Source of the DNA: Chara braunii
Taxonomy: Eukaryota; Plantae; Charophyceae
DNA length: 64,000 nucleotides
Reading direction: 5' to 3'
NCBI GenBank assembly: GCA_003427395.1
Contig: BFEA01000033.1
Coordinates: forward strand, 3,328,676-3,392,675
The notes beneath the pieces are model-generated. The model worked only from the letters and a program-made list of their open reading frames with translations, searched no databases and was not told the origin of the DNA. Every line of letters begins with the position of its first letter. The first letter of the stretch is position 1. Positions 39,448 through 52,659 of this stretch are shown one piece after another. A program made the translations under genes and the position numbers.

Positions 39448-41546
39448 ATAAGAAGCTGGTGGAGACGGGAACAGGGGATGGGAGGCATGGAGTGGGGCCA
39501 CTAAAATGAGAAACGAGTTTTTTTGACAGTAGGACAATAACAGACTCGGAATAGAATCTAGGCAAAGGGTACAGAGTCTACAGACGATAGGATGGGGCCT
39601 TTGGGATGGTAAAGGGTGTGAAAGGCTTTCATAGGAATAGGATAGGCTGATGGGATGGGGCCTTTGGGACGATAAAGGTTGTGAAAGGCTTATATAGGAA
39701 CAGGATAGGCTGTATGTGTGAGGTAGACCTCTGCAGGATTGCAGTAGGCAGATATTAAGCAAGGCTGGATTGACATATAAACAGTTGATGATTGGCAAGC
39801 GGCCTCAGGGACTGCCCTGAATGCCCCCTACCCACGCCAAGCCCCCATGGGATTTCCCTACTGTGTGTCTGGGTGCTGCTAGTAAGCCCCCCGGCCAGTA
39901 GGGCAATCCACCATGGAGGGGCAAAGCTTTCTTTTTTTTGGGGGGGAGGGAAGGGGCGCAGAAGCTGCCCCCCCTTGTGCAGGCGGCTAGGGCCACAAGG
40001 GTTAGGCTGACCCTCCTATCTTCTATTCTCCCCACTGTCTTTGTACAAACATGCTTGCTGTGGATAACTAACCGGACTGTTCCCCCCCAGAATAGAAGGG
40101 GCCTGCATGATTCTTTTATAATAAAAAAAAAAGAAAGACAGAAAGATTGTTTCGTCGGAGTTACACCAACTCATCAGGAAGCTGAACCCTCGACAATCTG
40201 CGGGATCCACATATTGATGGTTTGGGTCATGAACCCTTTGACCCATGTTGAAGGCATACTGTCCACAATTGGAATACAGCAGCAGGCAACAACTCAGCGA
40301 AGCTCCAGGCAACGCTGCCAGAGCAACCCAACTGCTCAACCCCAAAAACGACTGCAAGGAACGACAAGGCAAGCGAACGAGCAGCACAGCAACATCGCAG
40401 CGAAGCACAAAGCAACACCAACACAGAAGCCACACTGCACGGCACACAAGCAGGACACATGGACGGCAAGGCAAGCGGATGGGCAGCAGGGCAGCAGCGC
40501 AACAGAGCACAAGGCAACACCAAAACCACAGCCACAACACAGCAGCTTGCCAAGAATGACATACGATTAAGCAGCACGGGCAGCAATGCAGCAGCAGAGC
40601 GCAGACGAGGCAGTCTACACATCCAACACGGAGCAAAGCAGCACATGACCTACTCACATCACGTGTGAACCCCGAAGACTGTTGGTTCCCACCACCCGCT
40701 GAGCCAGGGAGTGACTACAACGGACGTCTGTCATCACCCATAGGCCATATGCACCACACAGACATCATGAACAGACCAGCTCCCCTAAGAGTCCTGCAGG
40801 CACTCCAAACAGCGGATCGCCTACTGTTTAAGAACAAACAACAATAGAAAGACAGAGATACATAAAACTGATTGTGTGTATGTGTGTGTGTGTTGCAAGC
40901 CGTTCATCAAAGGAACCCTATTTTCTTTTCCTCCGTCAAGTTATACGGAAATTGTTATCATCTGTTTGACAAAATTTGTTTCTTGCAAGTTTCTACCTTA
41001 CTCAAATCCTCCTGCAATGCCGAAAAATAATTGCGAAGTTGGACATGTTTTTGTTGTTAAGCGCCAAGTGTCTACACACCCATCTGTCTTAAGGGCATGC
41101 TCGAATGCTCTATAATACATGTGTTTCATGTTGCTCTCTTACAGATATCTGTCCATTGCCAGGTGGGAGATATAGGTGGAGAAGAGGGGAGGGGAAAGAA
41201 GGAAGAAGGGAAGGGCAGAGTAAGAAGGAGGCTCAGGAGATGGAGAGAGAAAAAGGAACAAGCTGGTCTGTCCGTCAAGGCACATAACAAACTAGTACTA
41301 AGGCAAGGTGACTAATGGGTGAGTTGCGGAATGGGCAAGGCAAGGGGCAATATGTAGATTATGGTAGATGGCCTTGGGACAGTCAGGGGAGGAACGGTTT
41401 GGATGCTGCATAGGAAAGCAGTGGATCCGTTCATCACAGGTATGCTATAAGGTCTTCATGAAATACACTTAATTCCAAACATCATCCGACATGCACACTT
41501 GATTGCGATGAGAACACACTTGATTGTACGCAGATCATCGTAACAA

Positions 41547-41753
41547 ACTAGCACAAAGGTAAGGTGGCCGATGGGCTGAGTTCTGGAATATGCACAAGAA
41601 ATGCAACATGGTGGTTATTGAAGATGGTCGTGGGGACAGGCAGGAGAGGACTAGCACAAAGGTAAGGTGACGGATGGGGTGAGTTGTGGAATATGCACAA
41701 GAAAGGCAACATGGTGGTTATGGGAGATGGTCATGGGGACAGGCAGGAGAGGA
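41547..41753. repeat. 103-bp tandem duplication (diverged third copy near 41290)
   Basis: ACTAGCACAAAGGTAAGGTG at 41547 and 41650. Confidence 0.85.
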
Positions 41754-42739
41754 ACAGTTTGCATGCTACATAGGGAGGCAGCGTATTCATTCAGCACATG
41801 TATACTATAAGATCCTCATGAATTTCGTTTAGTTCTGAACGTCTTTCGAACATACACACTTGATTGAGATGAGGTCCCACTTAGTTGTACACGTCACACA
41901 AAACTTGAATTGATCACCCACAATATATAACCGTCGATGAAACAATGAGAGACTTATCCGGAACTTTGGTCCCTGATACCACTCAGCACGACATGCAACA
42001 TGCAACAATCGGCCTGAGGGAAAGAAAAAAAAAAAACACATCTAGTGAACAGCAAGATCTCACTTCTGGTTCCATGTAGCAACCAAAATTTGACAAATGA
42101 ATTCTGAATAGGAATTGCTTCGTACCTGTGACTTTTGACGAGCTACAGCTACCCCAGGCTTACCCGGTCTGTGGTAGCAAAAGTCTAGATTCTACCGGCC
42201 TCGAGGAGCCCGGCCTGAGCCAACAACGTTTCCATAACAGGTTCTGTCACTTCCGTGCCTGAACCTCGGCAGGACCAAAAGAGAAAATAAGTTTAAATAA
42301 CTTGAAATACAGCAAATACGTAGGTTTGTTGCACGTCTTAGTCCCACCACCCCCGACAGTCCTTTCCTATTCGCTTTTTTTCCCTTTTCAAAATTCAAAC
42401 AGCTTTGTTCTTTTCTTTCCAAACTAAGCTGTATTCTTCTCTCAAATTCACCTTTTACTACGTACCTACCACTACTCCTAAGGCTATACAGGGGACCCCT
42501 CCAAGGATAGCTACCTTGCAATGAAGGGGTTGCGTGTTGCCGCCTGCCCTAACAGCAGTAGTCGGGGAGAAGGGTGGGGCCGTGGTGGGGCCTGGCTAAC
42601 ACAAGGACCGAGCGTTTTGCCAGTAGCTGCACCTCCCTTTTCTTCTTCCCCGACCACCATCAAATAGGTCTCTGAGAACGTTATGAGCTTCGACTGAAAA
42701 GAGAAAAAAATTCATTTAGAATCACAAAACTTCAAAAGC

Positions 42740-43780
42740 TGGCTGAAGTCTATGGTACAAAACATTGCAGAATTGAGAATCCGTCTTCGTGTTTTCTCTC
42801 GAGTTGCCTCTGCACCAAGATAATGTTGGGTCTTCCTCTTCGATGTTGCACAAGCCTCTGCGCCGAGATTCTGTCGATGTCCGCATACCCATTCATGGTG
42901 GGAGGATGCACTTTCCTCTTGACTGCGAGTTTTGACCCGTGGAAGGCATCATTTTGGAGATGTGAAACACAGGACAAGCCTACAGATGAGGTGGCATGTC
43001 CACAAGCTAAGGTCCATTTGGGTCACCAACAACATGCAATATCTTACATGTTGTAGCGCCAGTTACTTAGCACCTTTCTGCAGACACCTTCAACTGCAAA
43101 TCTGTCCGTGCTCACCCGTACAAGGTCTTCCAACCTTAACATAGTGAGGGTGGTGGTGCTTGTCGGCTTGATTAGCCATTGCTAGTGCACCTTCGTACTC
43201 CTGATAGCTTGCCAGAGCTCTGCAACAAAATGTACAATGAATTTGAATGAAATTGAATGAATGCTAGTGCTCGAGGAAGATATTTCAGCAGCTGGTCTGG
43301 GACTAGAAAGTCCACAGTCATGAGAGGGTTCTGTCCTCGATGCAGCTCAGCAAGTGTACACATGGTTACAAGGTGCAGATGGCTGTTGTAAACACCAGCT
43401 GTCTTGGCGAAGATTAGGTCGCAATCAGTCTGATCGGCCCGCATCAGATGTTGCAGGTCCTGCTGTTCAATCTTGTCCATTCTCTTTGTGTGTTAGTTCC
43501 TCTTTGGATTGTGTTGAAGTCGTATTGAGCTTGGTGTTGGCGAGTTCCATCAGATTCTGCCACTATTCTCTTGTGGATCAGGTGTCTCTGTGGCTTACAA
43601 TGTCTGACGGAAACCGGACGTCCCAAGCTCAAGTACCAGCAAAGAGCCAAGCAATCTCCTTCAAACCAAGCAGTGTCCAGATAGGCATCCACCAGTTTGG
43701 CATCGGAGCAGACCAAAATTGAAGAAAGACCGATTCGCTCAGTCTGATTGAGCAGATAGAAGATTGCCTGTTTAAGTGGT
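42740..43780 (-). mobile_element. Decayed Gypsy integrase C-terminal fragment
   Basis: Minus-strand pieces RFPSDIVSHRDT and GDPNGP*LVDMPPHL*ACPVFHISKMMP parallel the integrase at 16137-17669. Confidence 0.75.
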
Positions 43781-44156
43781 CTGCGCTGATTGATGGATGC
43801 ATGAATGGGTGGATGGATGGATTGATTCATGACCAAATTTTTTTTCCCGAAATCGTAATTTCTTTTTTTCGACTATTCAATTTTGTAATCAAATACTCTT
43901 TTTCTTTCAGGGAGAATCTTTTTTTTTCTTTTTTTTTTTTAACATCGTGGGAGGGCCTACTGCCCCGTGGTGGTAAGAACTATGGGGCCAAGGCCCTCTT
44001 GCGGATGGCTCCGTTCTATTGGTGGGGAGAAGCACCTGCCGTAAACCGGGTCCGGCATCTCTTACAGAGAAGTTTAGCAATCCCTGGGAGCATTGAGCAT
44101 TAGCCAGTTTCGTTTATGACATCCCAGTATTCCCTTTTGCAGCTTGGTCTTGGCTA

Positions 44157-44261
44157 CCGTCTTCACCCGAATAGAAAGCCCCGTCATTATCGCTGTATCT
44201 GGACTGAAAATTGCACCAAATACGGCTATCATGACCGGGCGTTCTATTCGGGTGAAGACGG
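44157..44261. mobile_element. 105-bp Tc1/mariner-type MITE (foldback)
   Basis: TA|CCGTCTTCACCCGAATAGAA...TTCTATTCGGGTGAAGACGG|TA: perfect 20-bp TIR extending imperfectly to ~46 bp, with a TA TSD. Confidence 0.9.
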
Positions 44262-44281
44262 TAGTGACCTGCCTTGACTAA

Positions 44282-44562
44282 CCCACCCCAGCCGGTGCTG
44301 TCTAGTAGAAATCGGCGTGTCTGGCCGGACTGTAAAGCCTATGACCAGGATATGTTTGCGCTCAGAGCCGCATCATCCTGCTCTAAACCTTAAACCCTAA
44401 CCAACCTGAGCCTCTTCTTAATCCCACCCCAGCCGGTGCTGTCTAGTAGAAATCGGCGTGTCTGGCCGGACTGTAAAGCCTATGACCAGGATACGTTTGC
44501 GCTCAGAGCCGCATCATCCTGCTCTAAACCTTAAACCCTAACCAACCTGAGCCTCTTCTTAA
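44282..44562. repeat. 141-bp near-perfect tandem duplication
   Basis: Units start at 44282 and 44423; each contains TAAACCTTAAACCCTAACC. Confidence 0.9.
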
Positions 44563-44793
44563 GCCCGAACAACCTGAGCCCCGCCCCTGGCCGGGCTCGT
44601 CCTGCCTACAGCCAGAACTGTTTTGGTTGTTCCAAACTCTAAACCCTAGCAATCCTGAGCCTCTCCCTCCCGGGCACCCTTCCCTAGTGAAAGTCTTTTC
44701 ATTGTTGCACAACTGTGAATTTTTTAAACTGTTGTGCTACTCTATCTGCTTCGGAATTAAGGACGCTTGCTGTTACTTCCAAAATTCAATCGA

Positions 44794-45189
44794 TCACAAG
44801 AATCAAACGTGTGACCCCCCTCTTGGGAGGTAAACACTGAACCAAATGGCTCAGTGGACTGGGGTGAAAGTTAGGCCCCAAGATGAGCACTTAACCCCAC
44901 CCCAGCGCGGATTTCTCCGCACCCCGGTGTACCCAGTCACACACACCCAACCACAGGTCATCGGTGCAGCCACCCGAACCCTGCCGATCGGCTGCCGTGC
45001 TAGTCAATGCTAGGAAAGCACTCATGAGTCAGTCACAAGAATCGAACGCGCGACCTCCCTCTTGGGAGGTAAACACTCGACTAAACAGCTAAGTGGACTG
45101 GGGTGGTAGTTAAGCCCCAAAATGAGCACTTAACCCCACCCCAGAATGGATTTCTCCACGTCCTGGTGTGCCCAGTCACACACACCCAA
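44794..45189 (-). mobile_element. Two tandem ~157-bp units with tRNA-like A/B boxes (SINE-like)
   Basis: Units 44794-44950 and 45033-45189. Minus strand reads TAGCTGTTTAGTCG...GGTCGCGCGTTCGATTC, preceded by a GGGGTGGGGTTAAG/CTTAACTACCACCCC hairpin. Confidence 0.55.
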
Positions 45190-45689
45190 GCAGTCCTTAC
45201 TCCCACTCCAATCGTTGTTGTTTCTTTACTGCTCATGTGTCCTAAAATGTTCCTTTTTGGTTGATTAGCAAAATGAGTAAGGGGATGATCTTTGGGTGAC
45301 TTAAGTTTGAACTTTCAATCTTTCGTATTTTGCTGTCAGCGGGGCTATGCTGTTATGTTTTCTTGACTTCGTCAATGTTTTTCTGTAAAATCTATTTGTT
45401 TTTTCTTGATTATGTTTCCTTAGCTTTCAGTCATCTGCACGCACATTCATTCTGACCCTGTGGGGGGTGGCGAAAAGCAGTCAAATTCAACTTAGCCCCT
45501 TCTCCCTCCCTCCCACCCTTCCCTCTGTGCTTGCTGCCATTCTCTTCTTCCTCCTCACTCTCCATATCTTTCTCCTTCAGCTGCAGGCATTGGTGAGTTG
45601 CCATGTCAGCCCGCTTGACACGTCAAGACACGCAATGCTCATCTCCGTATCCGCCTCCTTCTCATTATCGGATCCAGGATGGGTCACAG

Positions 45690-47070
45690 GGTAAGGGTCT
45701 TCATTGTGTGCGAACAACCAGTGGCTACGTACACGACTACTTCGGGATTTACAAGACTCTTCTTCTGCGGCGCACTTCGGCATCAATGGCACGGTCGGTG
45801 GACTTCGCCAACTATTCTATAGGCCTGATGTCATCTTGGATGTTGCTCGCTAGTGCGAATTGTGCAAAGTTTGCCATTGCTGCAAGCCACACAATCACCT
45901 CCCCTTTGGAGAGTTGCGGCCACTTCTGATCCCCGTTGTACAAAGTACTCCCATTGCGATGGACATCATCGAACCGTTTTTGAGCGAGATTACCAGGCTA
46001 ATATTCGGAACCTCACCATGGTGGTATCATGCCAAAGCACCAGAGTTGGCAGAGATTTTTCACGCAGATTGGATATCCGCCAAGGGTTTTCCCAAGGAGA
46101 TCATTTGTGACAGCGGCACCTGGTTTATGTCTGAGTTTTTAACTGTACTTTGTGCTAAATGGGAGCATCCCTCAAGCTGAGTTCCGCCTGCCACTCGCAA
46201 ACATCGGAGTGAGCGCAGCAAACCGTGCAAGTCTTGCGTCACACCCTCGTTCATCCAGATCAGAAGCCACTTCCAGACGTAAAGTTGACCTACAGCTCAT
46301 CAATTCATCCGCCCACTGGCATTTCTCCCTTCGAATTCGAGCTTCGCACCCCGGCTGCATTTCCCTTGGACTCTCATTCCTCGTGCAACCAAGAATGATG
46401 ACCATATTGCATTCATTCGGAAGATGCAAGACATGCTCCCCAAGGTGCAGGGCAAGATACAGAAGATTCAGATGCAGATGCAGATGAGCCGTCAAGCCAA
46501 CCGGCAGCAACTCCCTTACACTTTCTGCGAGGGCATATTGGTTTGGGTGTCAGCCGCAGAGTTCAGCCTCGAGCAAGACATCTCTTGCAAGATCCTACCG
46601 AAATGGATGTGCCCTTCCTGTGTATTTTTTCTGTTGCCGGTGATGAACTGGACGACTCTTCCTTTGTGATCAAGGTACCTCCTCACGTGCCCTATCACCC
46701 GGTCGTTCATGCCTCCAAGCTTGCTCCTTTTGTTTCAGCGGTTTGTGACGACTTCCCGGGCGATGTTAGCAGGATCTCCCTTCCATGGATGGCTTTCAGG
46801 AAGTAGATCACATTATCATCCAACGCCACTTAAGAAACAAGCTGACAAAGTACTTGGTACACTTCTCCTATTGCAGCCATAAAGCAGATAGTTTGCTGAC
46901 CCGTGCGAAACTTCAGGTGGCAGCACCAGATGTCCTCGCCAAGTATGAGAAGCCGCAACACACGCAAGCGACATCAACGGTTCAGCCCACGCCCTCACCC
47001 GCATTCAGGGTCCCCCTTCAGATCGACAACTTTGCCGTCGTCATAGCTCCCGCTACTCAGGGAGGAGGGG
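45690..47070 (+). mobile_element. Decayed Gypsy integrase and chromodomain followed by a polypurine tract
   Basis: HFG..CKVC..GELRPLLIP..IAMD, GFPKEIICD, HPVVHASKL, EVDHII..YLVHF. PPT AGGGAGGAGGGG at 47059-47070, with probable LTR sequence downstream. Confidence 0.85.
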
Positions 47071-48351
47071 TTGGACCCTAATGGGCCGACATGGGCCAAC
47101 CAGCCTGGAGGGCCATAACCTAGTTTTAGGCCGCAGTAGGCAGTGTAGCAGGCCTAGGTTATTTTTTTTGTCCCATTCGTATTTCTTTCCAGGATTTATT
47201 TCTTTGCTGCTGATTTTTGCTGGGACTGATTTCTTTTGTCTCTTTTGTCTCATTTGTCTCTTCTGATTTATCCTGTTCGCAGGTGGTGACGTTTCCGATT
47301 CTGGGCATTGTCCGAACAGGCACAAGGTCTGTTTGGACCAGGTAGGCAGGACGTCCCATGTTTTGGCCGTTTTAGGCCTAGGTTCATTTTGTCCGTACAT
47401 GGACTGGACCAGGCACTTGTCTGGAGTGCCTGGCCTAGTCCTCCTCCCTTCTGATTCAGCCCTGCTGCATCATCAGGGCTGCCTGGACGTCCCGTAGGGA
47501 CCCATACAGGCCGAGTGAGGCCAGAGGCGATGGACCAGGACTTGGCTCTGCGATCACGACCATTGATCACTTCGGACACAGAGAGGTGGAGCACTCATGC
47601 TGGCGACACACTGCTGGAGAGCAGCACTGTTCGGGAGGAGCTCAGCTATAGATAGCAGTGTAGAAGAGTAGGAGTGTAGGTTGGAGAGGAGACAGGAGAT
47701 GTCCATAGCAGCTAGGGTGGATGAAACTTACCTGGGTGCCATCGCTTGGCCTTGACACTGGTCTTGAACCGGCCTTCGACAGTGGCCCCATCATCTCAAG
47801 CCATCACGGAAAGATTCTATGCTGTGTCAATGCTCCGAGTCCTGGTCCCGGAGTCCAATTGGTCCTGCTCCCCCATAATTCGGCCGACCCAGTGGCCAAA
47901 ATGTCATTTTGGAGTCCCTAGGTCAAGTAGGGTGCAGTATATGAACCCTCGTAGGTCATTAGGAGTCTGGCCCGATACCCGACAGAAAACGTCCTTTCCA
48001 GCAGCATCCGGGGAAAGTCCGGTAGGTTCCGGAACTGGCAAAGTGCATCCAACAGGCCACAGCTACCAGTGCCGATCCGAAGCTGTCCAAGATCTCACTA
48101 CAACTTCTATTTATAGATGCCACAGTGCCGATTGGCATCACTTGTCAATTCGTATGATGTGGAAGGTCTGCTGTAGCACTTGTGCAATCCAGTGAATTGG
48201 GCACAGTTGGAGAGTGAGGAAGGAGAAGGGTGATCGGGTGCCATAGATAGGGTTGAGCAGGAAGAAGACCACCATAGCCATTATGGTAAAGATAGAAGAG
48301 ATGGAGAGGCAAGTGCATTCAGAGAGTCAGTGTGAGCATCCAAGGATTGGG

Positions 48352-48355
<4 letters not shown>

Positions 48356-48432
<77 letters not shown>

Positions 48433-48707
48433 CAGAGGGAGAGCATAGCGAGAGGGAGAGAGAGAGGGTTACCTGCATGATGTTGCTGGTGACAGCATTA
48501 CCAGCTTGTATTTGGAACTCAATTCTTGTATAATACCAAGTGTTTTGAGGTGCTGTCATCTTTGTGTGGGCTAATTTGCGACGTTGGTGCTTGGGTGAAT
48601 GTGTGGTGAGGTTTCGTGTGTTGCAAGTGGCTATTGGGTGTTGAAATCGAGTCTGGTTCATGGCAATCACCTTTCACTGATAGTCATTCGTGGACATCAT
48701 CATCATC

Positions 48708-48755
<48 letters not shown>

Positions 48756-48851
48756 TTTCTTTTTCTTCGTCGTCGTTGTCGTTGTCGTCTTCTTCTTTTT
48801 CTTCTTCTTCTTCGTCTTCTTCTTCTTCTTCTTCTTCTTCTTGAGAGAGAG
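48356..48851. repeat. Compound microsatellites (GA)n, (CAT)n, (CTT/CGT)n; similar (GA)/(CT)/(CA) tracts flank most N gaps
   Basis: Directly visible. Confidence 0.9.
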
Positions 48852-50759
48852 AGGAGAGCTTCTTCTTCTTCTGCTTCGTCTTCTTCCTGATTCTTCCTCT
48901 GACCCTCCATAGCCACTACCTCCCTTCTCCTGTTCTAGAGAGAGAGAGGGGAGGAGAGAGATCAGAGAGTGACTATTTGGGGGAGTATGACGCCCAGGAC
49001 TCAGACTTGACATTTCAGTTGAGACGATTGTTGCGGACGTTGAGGAGAGGCTACCAGCAGCTACTTCAAGCTGTTTCTTTCTGTCTTCTCCCTTTTCTTC
49101 TTCCTCCACTCTCGTCTCTTCCCCACCTCCATCATCTGGATCCTTCCACCCCATGTGCATGCCGGCCAGGAGGGATCTTTTGTCTATGCCTCCTTCCACC
49201 CCCTATATGTGTGATGATGTATGTGTGTGCACTGTGCAGAGTCGTGAGTTTGATTGAATCAGATATTCATTTTGAGACTTCTGCTGCTTCTGAAATGATT
49301 CAAGTACTCATCAACTTGCATACATCAACGAACATCCACATGAGACACACGTTAGAAGCCAAATTGAGATACAATCCACACTTGAAGATGTTGTCACCAA
49401 TATTATCATCCATATACAAGAATGTTTGTCCCCAGCAGCCCTGCCGCACACACACACAACCAACTGGTCTCAACCAGATAGTGGTTATGGCTTCCCCCCC
49501 TTCTCTCTCTTTCTGACTTGACTTGCTCTACCTCACTCTCTCTCTCTCTCTTGTCTCTCTCTCCCTTCTCTACCCTGGATTGTTACCCTGGATACACCGA
49601 CTCAGGTATCTTACACATTGGCGGCTATGGCCGCCGTCCTCCTGCTCTACGCCTAACCTAGCTATGGAATGTCACTCAAGCGCCCTCTTCTCCTTCAGGC
49701 GCACAGTGCCCAAGTTGCCGTAACGCACAAGCAGCAGCAGCGCTTCCACATCTCGCAACTGAACAAGTGATGAAACACTGCACTGTAACAGCTATATATA
49801 GGACTTGGCTTGGCTGGCCTCGGCCTGCTTTGGACCGGTATCGGTCAGCCGTGGCCTGTCTGTTGCAAACATTTTTGTAGGTCCGATATTAATCGAATTA
49901 AATTAGAATGCACCGTGTCAAAAACCATACTAATTTCCTTGTCTGAAAAAGGTGTTTTTTTTTAACAAAGTTAAAAGCGTCATGTTTCGTTTCCCCTCGA
50001 TCGTTCTACTTTGAGGTAAGACGCTAATTAAGACAACAAGCTATCATTGTCACTCATTACTGAGTATCCTCAAAATCTAGACATTGCTGCAAAACTGGAC
50101 TTGGGACTGTCGGACTGGACTGGACGCTTCCGGACTTTTCCTGTCGGGTACCGGACAGGACACTTCTGGACTTTTCTTGTTGGTACCGGACTCCTACCTA
50201 CCTATGACGTTTTGGACCCCCTAGACCCTATGACCTAGCCTACCGGACTGGGCTTATCGGGACCCTTAGACCGGGACTGGGTGTCTGCCGCGTGAATCCT
50301 TGCACTTCGCATTGCTTCATATTGATTTATGTTGATCTACACTGTTTCATTCCTGTTCTCATTGCTATTTTGTGAGTTCTTTCTTCATGTGGTGATCTCT
50401 TGTTCTGCGCATTACCTATCTCTGGATAAACATGTATCAGTGTTCGTCAGGGGTTCCTCCGCCCTTAACAGGAGGAAACATCAGAGTTCATTGACTGTAT
50501 TACATGTGACTTGGCGGTGGAGAAGGAACTGAACTGCCGCTTCTCAGACTAAGAAAGAGCCAGGACCATCAGGCCCTGAATTGGGAGATAGAAGAAGAAG
50601 ATATCCTGTTGGAGCTTACTGATGACGCCCTTCTTTTCTTTCTGTCCTTTTCTGAAGTGCATGTTATTTGTGTCATTCGGACTCATTCCCACATTGGTTA
50701 GTGGGTGATGAAAGGCATTTTGTCTTTGTGCAGGCTACTAGACACGTAAGAAATCAATG

Positions 50760-52100
50760 AAATCAATTCAAATCATGTTAAAGGCTTAAAGCTTTAATAC
50801 CCGTTGAGTGGAGGAAAAATGGTAAGAGTACCCGAGTCTTGGAAATGGGGGGATTCACAGTGATGGGCAACCAATATGGATGGGTACAAAACATCAGAAG
50901 CCTTTTCCACGACCATAAGAACTGGATTATGTGCTTCATATCCCCCTGGCAGGAAGAAAGGAAATGCACTACAAAGTTAGTACAAACTAGTACAAAGCTA
51001 GCCAATACACAGAGGATCAATAACTTAAGCAGAGTAAAGGTAATCGACAAGGAAACAAAAATACATGTTCCGACCCACCTGAGTGATTCATCAATGGGAA
51101 GTGGATCCCATGGAATGGACATGGAGAACTCAATCGCAGAATTCAAAAATATGAAGACAACACAGGCTGATAGATTATACCTCCCATGTAGGTCCTGCCC
51201 TCTTGAGGAAACCACAAGCAACAACAGAGATATTAAAGAAAGATGGGAGAAGAGGGACCGGATAAAGTAACGCTCAATCATGAGCCACCTTGGAAACAGA
51301 TTATAGAGACGAGACTCGTTAAACAAAGTAGCCTTCTCTGGTTAATAATGGCAAAAGTCCCTGCAGCCCGAATGAATTTGGCACCTTGGTACCAAGCAGT
51401 GTACTGGTAGAGGAGTGGTTAGACCAGAGGAGAAGAAATGAGGGATAGAACAGAAGAGGTGGCAAGGCAGGGTATACAATCAACAAGAAAGAGAAAGCCT
51501 CTTTCACTGCGTCCTGTACTGAAAAGAAGCCCAGGCTCTATGTCAGCTGCTAGAATTAACATGGAACAAACTAGCGGACAAGTGATCTCCCAAAATTTGA
51601 AGAAGAACTCTTCAAGATGTTCAGAAAGAAGGGCTCTGGGCCTCATGGAGACGGAGATGTTTTGGCCAACTTCAAAAGCACAAAACACAACCGGAAAGCT
51701 TAACAATGGAAGTGTTTTAAAAGGCAATAGATTATTGAAACAGAAATTATCGTGGCAGCAGTGGCAAAACCAGGACCAAAATCGAGCACTTCCCAGATAA
51801 AGAACATATAATCAGAACCTTCATAAGAGAGATTAGGAAAAACTACGATAGGATACTGAGTGAGAGAGGGATAGAATCGTTTTCAAAGACTACATAGTCT
51901 ACCTCAACGAGCGACAGTTACCAGTACAACAATCTACATCAGAGACTGCACCACAAGAGATTATGGAACTGACAGAAGGACAAGGAGCGGAGCAAACAGT
52001 ATAGGTTCTACTATAGAAGCATTCCCTTCAACGAGCGGCAGCAGGTGACCTACATAACACCAAGCGAACATACTCAGTGAAAGAGATTACAGCACATTAT
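50760..52100 (+). mobile_element. Degraded L1 ORF2 3' fragment
   Basis: LKALIPVEWRK and zf-RVT-like ESLFHCVLY*KEAQ; many stops. Confidence 0.55.
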
Positions 52101-52315
52101 GTATTGCCCTTCCCTCCTCACTCTGCTAACATCAGCTTTCAAGTTTGACACTGCTACTGAAAATTGTAAAGAAGGATTTCAATTTTCAACTGCAAATGAT
52201 GTGAACGAATAGCCTTGATAATACAGTTCATAACAATGTATGTCTGCATCTGGTCCGGTTCTTACGTCTCATCTATTGTGATTGAATTTGTATCATTTTG
52301 GTGTATGCTGTGCAG

Positions 52316-52515
52316 TTGGATATTGGCACATGCAATGTCATACGCGATGCATTGTACAGACTGGCAGAAAGTGCAACACAGAGAGCGGGTGGTATGGCGA
52401 GGATGGCTGATGCATCAGCCAATGCTTCGTTGGCAGGGTTATCTGGTGGTGACAACAACAGGATATCTTCCTCGATTGCGGGAAGCACTCTTGCCAGCAC
52501 AGCTGTTCTTCAGAG
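52316..52515 (+). CDS. LNK: Next exon of the LNK-like gene
   Basis: Acceptor tgtgcag|TTG. Encodes LDIGTCNVIRDALYRLAESATQR (compare plant LNK LDIRTKLCIRDSLYRLAKSAEQR). Donor AG|GTGAGC at 52515/52516. The following NPIDR-type motif exon was not found in the window. Confidence 0.85.
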
Positions 52516-52559
52516 GTGAGCAATCCATGAACAGAGCGCAAAAGCCAGGAATTATTACT

Positions 52560-52598
<39 letters not shown>

Positions 52599-52659
52599 AG
52601 GGCCTTATGGTCCTGGCTCCATGTCCATTCTGGGGAGCGTCAGTCCAGTTCCTATTCCC

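Larger units (their letters stand above)
5531..52315 (+). other. Giant (~46.8 kb) phase-0 GT-AG intron of the LNK-like gene, filled with nested transposons
   Basis: Joining 5530 to 52316 gives the in-frame, contiguous motif RQLESAIRK-LDIGTCNVIRDALYRLAESATQR. Confidence 0.75.

Noticed and set aside
39938-40657. Q-rich and C-rich overlapping ORFs as a host gene
   Set aside because: Explained by degenerate CAG/CAA-rich repeats that are open in several frames; no recognisable domain.
44384-44650. Interstitial telomere or telomere-targeted insertion
   Set aside because: Only isolated AAACCCTA motifs are present, not an array.
5531-52315. Antisense orientation bias of intronic transposons
   Set aside because: The two largest elements are antisense, but several sense-strand fragments exist and the counts are too small to support a bias.
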